64,000 nucleotides of DNA, taken from Myxococcota bacterium (GTDB lineage Bacteria > Myxococcota_A > UBA796 > UBA2385). Below the pieces are notes generated by a model. The model saw only the letters and a list, made by a program, of their open reading frames with translations, searched no databases and was not told the DNA's origin. The position numbers and the translations under genes are program-made. The stretch spans positions 32,001 to 96,000 of the forward strand of contig JBIJDH010000014.1 of assembly GCA_044344255.1 (NCBI GenBank), read 5' to 3'. Of this stretch, positions 55,910 to 64,000 are shown piece by piece; within the stretch, counting starts at the first letter, position 1, and every line of letters begins with the position of its first letter.

Positions 55910-57990
55910 CCGGTCTCCCGCATCGCTTTGTCGAGGATCGAGGTCGGTGTCCCCACGCAGGTCAGCCAGAGCTGGTGCACGGCGCGCGTGGCCGCGACGT
56001 GCAGCAGGCGGCGGTGGTGCGGGGTGTCCGGGTAGTGAGCGGCCGAGGCCTCCACCAACACGACATAGTCAAACTCCAGGCCCTTGACCTGGCTGGCCTC
56101 GACCACGTCGATGCCCGGCGAGAAGGCGAACTCCTGATCGATGACGAGCCGCACCCGCCCGAGCTCGGCCTGGTGCAGCCCCGCGGCGTACATCCGGGAG
56201 GTGGCGGGGTCGGGCGTGAGCAGGGCCACGTTGGCGTTCGGCTCCGCCCGCTGGAGGCGGCGCAGCTCCTCGGCGAGGAAGGCCACCACGGCGCCGTGAT
56301 CGGAGAAGCGGAAGAGCTCGACCGGCGGGCCGTCACGGGTGGTGCGGGGGGCCGGCTCGTCGTCGTCCTGGAGCACGTCGAGGGCGAAGCGGGTGATCGG
56401 GTGGGTGGACCGGTAGCTCACCACGAGCGTGTTGAGGGCCGTGGCCTCGACGCCGATGCGGGCCAGGAAGCCCGACCAGCTCGTGAAGCCCGCCCCGGCC
56501 GAGATGTGCTGCCGCACGTCACCGGCGAGGGTGACGCTGCGCCGCTCGTCGGTGGTGTCGAGCAGCACCTGCACCTCGACGGGGGAGAAGTCCTGCACCT
56601 CGTCGAGCACGACGTGGATGTGCTTCATCGGCTTGTGGCCGGGGCGCATCAGCGGCCCCACCCGGAGCTGGTGGGCGCGGAGGAGCAGGGCGTCGTCCTC
56701 GGGGTCGAGGTGGGGGTCGGCGTCGCGCTCCCCCTCGAGGCGCCGGTAGAAGGCGGTCACCTGGTGGCGGCACCAGTCGATCGCGCGGGCGAAGGCGGCG
56801 TCGGAGAGGCCCTCCCCCACCGCCTCGCGCAGGGCGGCGTGATCGGTGAGGAGGCGCAGCCAGTCCTCGATCGCCTGCTGGCGGGTGGCCTTGCCGGGGG
56901 TGGTGCGGATCTGCCGCTCCATCAGCGCCGAGACGCCGGCGTGCAGCTTCAAGCGGGTCACCGGCTCCGGGGTGTCCTCGGCGACGCGGTTGGTGAGCTC
57001 GGGGAAGTGCCGCGAGACCAGGGTGCGGGCCCAGCGTGACCAGGTGCTCACCTGCACGCCGGAGACCCCGAGGGCCGGCAGCACGTTGGCCACGTAGTCG
57101 CGCATCGCCCGCCCCCAGACGATGACGAGCACCGCCTGCGGGTTGAAGCGCCGGCCCATGTTGTAGGAGAGGTAGGCGATGCGGTGCAGCGCCACCGTGG
57201 TCTTGCCGCTGCCCGCCGAGCCGCGCAGCACCACCACGCCGCTCTCGGGCCGAGAGATGAGCGCGAACTGGTCGGGGTCGATGAGGGCGGCGATGTCGGG
57301 CAGGTGCTTGTCCGCCCGCAGCGCCACCCCCGCGCCGAGGCGGCTATTCTCGGCCACGCCCTTGCGGAGGGCCGTCCCCTGCCCGCCCGCGAGGTGGGCG
57401 GAGGAGCGGGCGAGGGGCTGCCAGCCGTCGGCCTCGCGGATCCAGGTGCCCTGGGGGCTGGCGACCCGCAGGAGCTCGCCGTGCTGGACGTGCAGGGTGC
57501 GGCGCACGTCGACCCGCCCCTCCTGCACACGCTCCCCCATCTCCTCGGCGTACTCGTCACCCTCCTCGTAGCGGTAGAAGAGCTTGGAGACCGGGGCGTT
57601 CCGCCAGTCGACGATGCGGAGCCCATCGGTGAGGCGGGTGGCCCGGCCGAGGTAGATGTCGCGCTTGCGGCCCCGCTCTTCGAGGCGGAGGTGGGCGAAG
57701 TAGGGGCAATCCGGGTCTACCGCCTCGTTCGGCCGCCCGCTCCGCACCTGGTCGAGCACAGCGGAGAGGTGCTCGATCTGCTGGGTGATGGCGGGCCGAT
57801 CGTCGGCGCGGGCGGAGCGCACCTCGTCCTGGAGGCGCACCAGCTCACCGAGGATGTCCTGCTCCGACGCCCCGGGCATCAGGGGCCGCTCGACCAGGAC
57901 CTCCCGGATGTGGCGCAGCGCCACGAGCTCTTCGTTCACGGCGGCGGGCGCAGGCGGGGCGGGGCTGCGGGGCTCGGTATCCGGGTGCAT
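55906..57990 (-). CDS. HelD-like UvrD/SF1 ATPase
   Basis: PYFAHL, IVDWRNAPVS.LFY, DI.A.I..DQ, G.AGSGKTTVALHRIAYL, DEVQD, GD..Q, SYRS, KGLEFD and TRA motifs. Confidence 0.9.
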   Translation of the reverse strand: MHPDTEPRSPAPPAPAAVNEELVALRHIREVLVERPLMPGASEQDILGELVRLQDEVRSARADDRPAITQQIEHLSAVLDQVRSGRPNEAVDPDCPYFAHLRLEERGRKRDIYLGRATRLTDGLRIVDWRNAPVSKLFYRYEEGDEYAEEMGERVQEGRVDVRRTLHVQHGELLRVASPQGTWIREADGWQPLARSSAHLAGGQGTALRKGVAENSRLGAGVALRADKHLPDIAALIDPDQFALISRPESGVVVLRGSAGSGKTTVALHRIAYLSYNMGRRFNPQAVLVIVWGRAMRDYVANVLPALGVSGVQVSTWSRWARTLVSRHFPELTNRVAEDTPEPVTRLKLHAGVSALMERQIRTTPGKATRQQAIEDWLRLLTDHAALREAVGEGLSDAAFARAIDWCRHQVTAFYRRLEGERDADPHLDPEDDALLLRAHQLRVGPLMRPGHKPMKHIHVVLDEVQDFSPVEVQVLLDTTDERRSVTLAGDVRQHISAGAGFTSWSGFLARIGVEATALNTLVVSYRSTHPITRFALDVLQDDDEPAPRTTRDGPPVELFRFSDHGAVVAFLAEELRRLQRAEPNANVALLTPDPATSRMYAAGLHQAELGRVRLVIDQEFAFSPGIDVVEASQVKGLEFDYVVLVEASAAHYPDTPHHRRLLHVAATRAVHQLWLTCVGTPTSILDKAMRETG

Positions 57991-58154
57991 GGCGGGCTCG
58001 CGGGGCTGGTCGGCCGACTCGGACGGGGGCGCGACGCCACGGAGGACCGGGCGCCGCCCCCGCTGAGGGCCAGATCGGGGGAACCGAGGGGTCTAACGGA
58101 GGCCGCGGCCCCGCTCAAGCCGCGCCCCCTTCGGGACCGCCTCCTCCCCGCCGC

Positions 58155-58985
58155 TCAGGGAGCGCGCACCTTCGCGGCCGCGATCTCGTCCTGGATGGCC
58201 TGCATCTTCCCGGCCCAGTAGTCGTAGAAGTCCTTCTGCGTGGGCTTGCCCGAGATGGCGCCGATCACGTGGGCGGGCAGGTTGTTGCGCTGCGCCCCGT
58301 TGGCCTTGGTGTCCGGCGCGGTCCTCACGTTCTTCATCAGCGCGTTCGTGCCGCCCGCCCCCTGCTGGTGGGCGAGGTAGAGGTGCAGCGGGTCCCGCGG
58401 GATGTCCTCATCGAGGCGCTGGGAATTGAGCTGCCAGTACTTCGCCCCGCCGAGCGCGTTGTTGTCGACGTTCTTGGCGCCCTTCATGCCGGCGAAGGAC
58501 ATGCCCACGTCGGCGGCGGCGTCGGCGCCCATCTGCATCAGCCCCGAGTAGCCGTAGGCGTTGGTGCCGACGTTACGGTCGCCCGTAGACTCGATGATCG
58601 CCATCGCCTTGAGGTTGTCGGCGTCCACGCCCGTGGCGGTGGAGGCCTTGGTGATCGCCCCCCCCGTCGCGGGATCGGCGTCAATGCGGGCGAGGCCTGC
58701 GCGCCCCTGGCTGAGCCCGTCCTCGTAGCCCATCTTCCAGACCTCGCTCTTGGCGGCGTAGATCTCGGGGATGGCCTCGGCTTGCTCGCCGCCGGGCCCC
58801 TCCGCCGGGGCCTGCTCTCGGCTCGGCCCGAGCACCTGCTCGACCCGCGCGCCATTGCCGCGCCCCATCGGCGGGCGGCCGGGACCCCGGGCGGCCGGGC
58901 CCTGCGCGCTGGGGCCGCTCACCGCGGGGCCGCGCGGAGCCGGAGACCGGCCGAGGGGGGCCTGGGGACGTTGATAGCCGGGCAT
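58155..58985 (-). CDS. Lytic transglycosylase (SLT / lysozyme-like) domain protein
   Basis: A..IEST (catalytic Glu), GLMQ and YLAHQQG.GG; GGAGG RBS before ATG 58985; Pro/Gly-rich N-terminus, no signal peptide. Confidence 0.85.
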   Translation of the reverse strand: MPGYQRPQAPLGRSPAPRGPAVSGPSAQGPAARGPGRPPMGRGNGARVEQVLGPSREQAPAEGPGGEQAEAIPEIYAAKSEVWKMGYEDGLSQGRAGLARIDADPATGGAITKASTATGVDADNLKAMAIIESTGDRNVGTNAYGYSGLMQMGADAAADVGMSFAGMKGAKNVDNNALGGAKYWQLNSQRLDEDIPRDPLHLYLAHQQGAGGTNALMKNVRTAPDTKANGAQRNNLPAHVIGAISGKPTQKDFYDYWAGKMQAIQDEIAAAKVRAP

Positions 58986-59076
58986 GGGTGCCTCCCGAAG
59001 TCCGTACACGCTACCATGTCGCGCGCGGCCGTTCGGCCCCGAGGGTGCCAATTCCCTCGCTTGGAGTCCGGTCCCG

Positions 59077-60042
59077 ATGCTCTGCCGAACCCTTCCTGGC
59101 ACCTCGCTCTCCCTGTCCGTGATCGGCCTCGGCTGCTGGACCCTCGGCAACGAGGGCTGGGGGACGCCCGTCGATGACCAGACCGCCGACGACACCGTCC
59201 GCGCCGCCGTCGAGGCCGGGGTCAACTGGCTCGACACCGCCCCGCTGTACGGGGACGGCCACGCCGACGCCGTGGTCGCCCGCGCGCGCCGGGCGCACCC
59301 GGGCCTGATCGTCGCCACCAAGGTGGGGGCGCGCGTCGAGGCGGGGCACGCCCGGAGCGACCTCCGCCCCGAGGCGCTGCGCGCCGACGCCGAGGCCAGC
59401 CTCCGCCGCCTCGGTCGGATCGACCTCCTCCAGGTCCACTGGCCCTGTGAGCGCGGCACGCCGCTCGAAGACACGATGGGCGCCCTCCAGGCCCTCGTAG
59501 ACGCCGGTCACATCGGCGCCTTCGGCCTCTGTAACTACGACGCCGACGGCCTCCAGCGGGCGCGCGCGCAGGGCGCCGTCACCTCGCTCCAGACCCCCTA
59601 CAGCCTGCTCCGGCGGGAATTCGAGGGGGCGCTCCGGGAGGAGTGCGCCACCCCGCGCGGCGATCCCCCGCAGCCCATCGGCGTGCTCGCGTACGAGACG
59701 CTCTGCCGCGGCCTCCTCAGCGGCAAGCACACGGCCCCCCCGCGCTTCCACCCCTCCGACATCCGCGCCCGCGACCCTCGCTTCCGGGGCCTGGCCTTCG
59801 GGGTCGCCCGCGGCCTGAGCGAGGACCTCGCGCGGGTGGCCGAGAAGGTGGGCGCGCCGCAGGTCGCGCTGGCGACGGGCTGGGTGCTCTCCCGACCGGG
59901 GGTCACCGCCGCCGTCGTCGGGGCCCGCTCCGCCGCTCAGATCGTCGAGGTGGCCCGCGCCATCCCCCTCCTCGGGCGCGCGCGCCTGTGGAGCGTCATC
60001 GACCGGCTCGCCGCCGCGCACGGCGGGATCCCCCGCGGATAG
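59077..60042 (+). CDS. Aldo/keto reductase
   Basis: IGLGCW, DTAPLYG, ATK, IDLLQVHWP, Q.PYSLL and G.LSGK motifs. Confidence 0.93.
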   Translation: MLCRTLPGTSLSLSVIGLGCWTLGNEGWGTPVDDQTADDTVRAAVEAGVNWLDTAPLYGDGHADAVVARARRAHPGLIVATKVGARVEAGHARSDLRPEALRADAEASLRRLGRIDLLQVHWPCERGTPLEDTMGALQALVDAGHIGAFGLCNYDADGLQRARAQGAVTSLQTPYSLLRREFEGALREECATPRGDPPQPIGVLAYETLCRGLLSGKHTAPPRFHPSDIRARDPRFRGLAFGVARGLSEDLARVAEKVGAPQVALATGWVLSRPGVTAAVVGARSAAQIVEVARAIPLLGRARLWSVIDRLAAAHGGIPRG

Positions 60043-60063
60043 GGGCCTCGGAGGAGCGCGCCC

Positions 60064-60603
60064 ATGCCACCCGATCACCCGAGCGCCGCCGTTCAGGTCC
60101 TGAGCCTGCACGTCTTCACCTTCAAGGAGGGCCTGCTCTCCAGGGTCGCCCACGACCTGCGCCTCCGCGCCGAGCGGCCCCTGTGCCGTGTAGACGGCGC
60201 CATGGTCGAGCTCGAGGTCGAGGTCACCGGCCTCCGCGTCGACGGCGCGATGCGGGACGGCGCCCTCCGCCCCGACGAGCTCTCACCCAAGGACAAGGCG
60301 GAGATCGAGCGCACGCTCCAGGAGACGATCCTCGACGCCGCGCGTCACCCGAGGGTGCTCTTTCGCGGCCGGCTCACCGGGGCGCGCCTCGAGGGGGAGC
60401 TCCAGCTCCGCGGGCGCTCGCTCTCGGTCTCGATCCCCGTCCACCACGCCGACGGGCGCGTCCGGGGCACGGTCGAGCTGCAGCCCTCCCGCTGGGGCAT
60501 CGCGCCCTACCGGGCCCTGCTCGGGGCCATCCGCCTGCAAGACCGCGTCCTGGTGTCCTTCGAGGCCGAGGCGCCGCCGGCCCCGCCGTCGCCGTTCAGA
60601 TAG
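60064..60603 (+). CDS. YceI-like protein
   Basis: K.GLLS..AHD, LDA.RHP...F, G.L.L.G and WGI.PY motifs. Confidence 0.8.
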   Translation: MPPDHPSAAVQVLSLHVFTFKEGLLSRVAHDLRLRAERPLCRVDGAMVELEVEVTGLRVDGAMRDGALRPDELSPKDKAEIERTLQETILDAARHPRVLFRGRLTGARLEGELQLRGRSLSVSIPVHHADGRVRGTVELQPSRWGIAPYRALLGAIRLQDRVLVSFEAEAPPAPPSPFR

Positions 60604-60612
60604 GCTCCCCGA

Positions 60613-61170
60613 ATGGGACTCCTGACCTTCAGCATCAACGTCACCCTGGACGGCTGCGTCGACCACCAGGAGGGCATCGCCAACGACGAGACCCACGCCT
60701 TCTTCACCCGCCTGTTGGACGAGGGCGGGGCCTTGCTGTGGGGCCGTGTCACCTACGAGATGATGGAGGGCTACTGGCCAGCGATCGCCCGCGGCGAAGG
60801 GGCGGTGTCACCGGCCTTGCGCGATTGGGCGGTCACGCTCGAGGGCAAGCCAAAGTACGTGGTGTCGTCCACCCGTCGGGAATTCCCCTGGACCAACAGC
60901 CACCTCATCACCGGCGACCTGCGCGCGGGCGTGCAGCGGCTCAAGGACACAACCCCGGCCGGCGTGCTCCTGGGCAGCGGCACGCTCGCCACCGAGCTCG
61001 ACCGGCTGGACCTCATCGACGAGTACAAGCTCCTCGTCCAGCCCCGGATCGCTGGCCACGGCCCGACCCTGTACCAGGGCGGGCTGCCGAGCACGCGGCG
61101 GCTGGAGCTGGTCTCGGTGAGGCCGCTCCGAAGCGGCCCGGTGGCCGTGCACTACCGGCGCGCGCGCTGA
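60613..61170 (+). CDS. Dihydrofolate reductase-like (RibD C-terminal) protein
   Basis: TLDG, GRVTYE, KYVVSST, GSG.L and LIDEY.L.V.P...G.G motifs. Confidence 0.92.
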   Translation: MGLLTFSINVTLDGCVDHQEGIANDETHAFFTRLLDEGGALLWGRVTYEMMEGYWPAIARGEGAVSPALRDWAVTLEGKPKYVVSSTRREFPWTNSHLITGDLRAGVQRLKDTTPAGVLLGSGTLATELDRLDLIDEYKLLVQPRIAGHGPTLYQGGLPSTRRLELVSVRPLRSGPVAVHYRRAR

Positions 61171-61343
61171 CCCATTCAGGCGGCGCGGCGGCGTCCTCCC
61201 CGACGATCCGGCGAAGCGCCTCCACGGCGGACGCGAAGAGGTCGAGCGCCCCTCCGCGTTCATCGCCGAGGCCTCGCGGGGCCTCTTCATTCAAGATCAA
61301 GGTGAGCCTCGGTCAGCTCGAGGCGGTGTCCGGGTCGATCCCG

Positions 61344-62140
61344 TGTGGGATCCGGAAACTCTGGCGGGTCGAGATCCGGAAACTCTGGCGGGTTCTGACC
61401 CGCCGGCCGCTCTTCGGGGTCTCCGGTAGCAGGCGGGTGCCCTCCGAAGTCCCGCCCGGTGATCGACGTCATGACCCGCCTGAAGATCCACAACATGGCC
61501 GAGGGGGGCACTCCCCAGTCCGACATCGCCGAGCTCTGTGGCGTGGGCCTGCGCTCCGTTCAGCGCATCCTCGCCGAGACCGCGCCGACGCGGGACGAGG
61601 TCGTGGCCGGCGAGCGTGCCCGCACGCGAAACGTCGGGCGCCCGCCGAAGGCTGATGCAGCCATGGTCGAGCGGATCCGCCTCCTGCTCAAGACCCCCGG
61701 CAACGAACGGCTCCCGGCGACCGAGGTGCTCCGCCGCGCCACCGAGTGGGGCTACACCGGCGGCCGCAGCCAGATGACCGAGCTCGTGAAGCGGCTCCGC
61801 CCGAAGCCGCGACAGGAGCCGATCGTCCGCTTCGAGGGGCTGCCCCGCGAATACACACAGTTCGATTTCGGCGAGTGCCTGGTCGAGTTCGGCGCCACCG
61901 GTAAGCAGCGCGTCCAGTTCTTCACGGCGCGCCTGAAGTACTCCCGGTTCATGCACGTGATCGTCGTGCCCGACCAAATCGCTGAGACGCTTGTCCGCTC
62001 GCTGATCGCCTGTCTGGTCGCCTTCGGGGGCTCGACGAAGGAGTGGGTGTTCGACAACCCGCGCACCGTGCGGATCTCGCCCATCGGCGCGAAGCCGGTG
62101 GTGCTGCACCGGTTCCTTCGGCAGCTCGTCGCCGAGCACG
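61344..62140 (+). mobile_element. Truncated IS21-family element (left end plus 5' part of istA)
   Basis: Starts TGT, then two 21-bp direct repeats GATCCGGAAACTCTGGCGGGT (61349-61369, 61373-61393) typical of IS21 ends; no istB or right end in the window. Confidence 0.8.
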
Positions 62141-62298
62141 TGGCGCACCGCTTCGCCACCTGCCCGGGCGCCGAAGGGGTCTCGATAGTGGGTCCGGCTG
62201 GCCTCATTCAGGAATCCTTGGAACATGCCTCGCTCTCTTCTTCGTTGCTCGACATCGAAGCGGAGGAAGAAGCCCTTCGGTACCGCCAGGCCAGGTAG
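61459..62298 (+). pseudogene. istA: IS21 family transposase IstA, 3'-truncated
   Basis: HTH, GY.GG, RFEGLP...QFDFG, L.YSR, FGG and FDN motifs. Resemblance stops at about LVAEH (62139), before the expected KG.VE motif. Confidence 0.85.
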
Positions 62299-62348
62299 GG
62301 CTTCCCGCGAAGCGCGAGCCTCTCTCCAGCAACAAAACACTGCGCCGC

Positions 62349-64000
62349 TCAGGCCGCCCGCCGCGCCGAGAGGCCCAAACCCGACCGTACCTGGACGAGC
62401 TCGGCTTCCAGCTGCTCCCGCCGTTCACCCGTCGCAGCCTCCGCTGCCGCCTGGAGCGTCACGGCGAGTTCGTAGGGGTTGGGTTGCGTACGAAGTACAT
62501 TCAGCGCACGTTCGAAGAGCTGCGTCGCCGCTTCGGGGCTCTTCCGCCACTGTGCCCGGCGCGCACGAAGCCGCAGGGCGGGGCCGCGAATGTAGGGGTA
62601 GATGGCACCCAACGCCCGAGCCTTGATCGCACAGAGCGCCACGATCGCTCGCAGCCGCCAATGGGGCACCCCTTTGGCTCCGTGGCTTAGCGCGTACAGC
62701 GCGGCCTCTCCCGCGTCTACGAGGCCAATCTGCAAGAAGGGCACGAGGATGTGATACCGCCACACGCTCCCGAAAGTGCGGCTCGCCGCTGTCGCAGCGC
62801 CCTCGGCGTCCTCTTCGAGGACATGGATCTTCGCCTGGTGGTTGAGCGACGCGCATTGGTTGGCGAGATCGGCCAGCGACGCGCTGATGCGGTGGGCCTC
62901 CTCCAGCTCCGCCAGGGCGGCACTCGCGTCGGTGACGCCCAGGAGGTACCGGCACATCGGCGACCACGAGAGGCGCCATGCCTGGTGGCGTGTGGCGTTG
63001 AGGCTCCGGGCAAGCTCGCCCATCTCGTCGAAGATCGGCAAAGCCCGGGCGAACTCCCCCTTGAGGTAGTGGCTCGTCGCATGGAGCATGAGCCCGGTCT
63101 GGGTCTCCCACTGCTCACCCACCCGAACAAACACCGCCCTCGCCTCACGGTGCACGGCGATGGCCTCGTCGAGTTCGTTGGCGAAGGTATGCCGCGTTGC
63201 GAGACGGCTCAGCGCGATGCCTTCGGCGACGGCGTCGTTTTCCCGCCGGGCGAGATCAAGACCATGCTCACAGGCCCGTTGGGCGCCGCCCAGCAGACCG
63301 GCACCGAAGAGGAGCGTGCCGAAATAGGTGTAGGCCTGGGAGAGTTCTCGCGCCGAGGCCACCTGACGACCGAGGTTCAGTGCGGCGAATGTCGCCCAGA
63401 TGAGCTTGGCGATGTCCAAGAAGTAGTAGATCCGGATGAGGGACACCAGAGTGGTGAGTTGCCTGCGCTTCGAGCCTCGGCTGGCACCGGCGCTGCCCTC
63501 GGGATCGCGGCCGACGAAGAAAGTGAGCACCCCAATGAGCGTGAGCGGCACGAGGCTCACCAGGCTCCGGGGAGCCCGGCGACCGTACAGGCCCAGCGAG
63601 GCCTCCAGGGCGTCAATGGCGAGGTGGCTGTCGCCTCGCTCTTGATACGCGCGGCCCAACCCTTCCTGAATCTCGGCGCGCTCCTGGTCGGTCCGAGCCG
63701 CGGTTTGCCCGGCGAGGAGCAGGTCTACTGCCTCGACGTACTCGCCCGCGTTCACCAGCACCTCGGCAAGCTCGATGCCGACGGAATGGCGGGTAGAGGC
63801 GCGGTCGGAGGCCGATAGCTCGGCCTGCCCCAAGAGGCCAAGCGCCCGCCGGTAGTGGGCGATGGCGTCGTCGTTGGCGTACTGGTCGCGGGCGTCTCGC
63901 GCGGCCATCAAGGTGTACCGGAGGCCACGGTCGGGATCGTCGCCCTCGACGCTGTGGTAGGCCAGGAGAGCCGAGGCCCCTCGCGCACGCTGGCCCAGAG
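62349..64000 (-). CDS. C-terminal TPR-like region of a large STAND/AAA-type protein (5' end outside the window)
   Basis: Frame is open to the window edge (LGQRARGASALLAYH...GLRY..MAARDA...YANDDAI.HY.RAL), typical of the region after the NTPase domain in kinase/cyclase-AAA-TPR proteins. Confidence 0.75.
   Translation of the reverse strand, partial: LGQRARGASALLAYHSVEGDDPDRGLRYTLMAARDARDQYANDDAIAHYRRALGLLGQAELSASDRASTRHSVGIELAEVLVNAGEYVEAVDLLLAGQTAARTDQERAEIQEGLGRAYQERGDSHLAIDALEASLGLYGRRAPRSLVSLVPLTLIGVLTFFVGRDPEGSAGASRGSKRRQLTTLVSLIRIYYFLDIAKLIWATFAALNLGRQVASARELSQAYTYFGTLLFGAGLLGGAQRACEHGLDLARRENDAVAEGIALSRLATRHTFANELDEAIAVHREARAVFVRVGEQWETQTGLMLHATSHYLKGEFARALPIFDEMGELARSLNATRHQAWRLSWSPMCRYLLGVTDASAALAELEEAHRISASLADLANQCASLNHQAKIHVLEEDAEGAATAASRTFGSVWRYHILVPFLQIGLVDAGEAALYALSHGAKGVPHWRLRAIVALCAIKARALGAIYPYIRGPALRLRARRAQWRKSPEAATQLFERALNVLRTQPNPYELAVTLQAAAEAATGERREQLEAELVQVRSGLGLSARRAA

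Noticed and set aside
61171..61343. Possible gene remnant left of the IS (GALDLFASAVEALRRIVGE)
   Set aside because: Too short and frame-ambiguous to support.
61349..61393. Possible mini-CRISPR or iterons
   Set aside because: Two repeats 3 bp apart directly after TGT and before istA fit IS21 terminal repeats better.

Overview
GC-rich chromosomal window, most likely from a Myxococcota (deltaproteobacterial) genome. This assignment is inferred from a MYXO-CTERM-like sorting tail, an FHA-domain sigma54 activator, an Oar-like TonB-dependent receptor and MopE-like Cys/Asp repeats. Most of the window is core genome: split F0 ATP synthase genes (atpZ-I-B-E), hemL, a CCA-adding enzyme, and dnaA divergent from rpmH-rnpA-yidD-yidC-jag-mnmE. 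It also holds many envelope and secreted proteins, a Zn/Mn-type uptake operon, a HelD-like helicase and, at the right end, a truncated IS21-family element next to the 3' part of a STAND/TPR-type gene. I recognised no rRNA, tRNA or CRISPR array. The best lead is an apparently leaderless, membrane-targeted His/Cys-rich ORF ending in RAPP...APKTSPP and followed by a hairpin, directly upstream of the metal-uptake operon, which is a candidate metal-sensing ribosome-arrest leader. Other leads are a TBDT with two Cys-rich lipoproteins, a sigma54 promoter linking an FHA-bearing activator to a divergent DksA/TraR gene, a dnaA with no dnaN or visible oriC, and a Jag/EloR with a large RDDDRP repeat insertion. 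All family calls come from motif recognition by eye; no database search was run.
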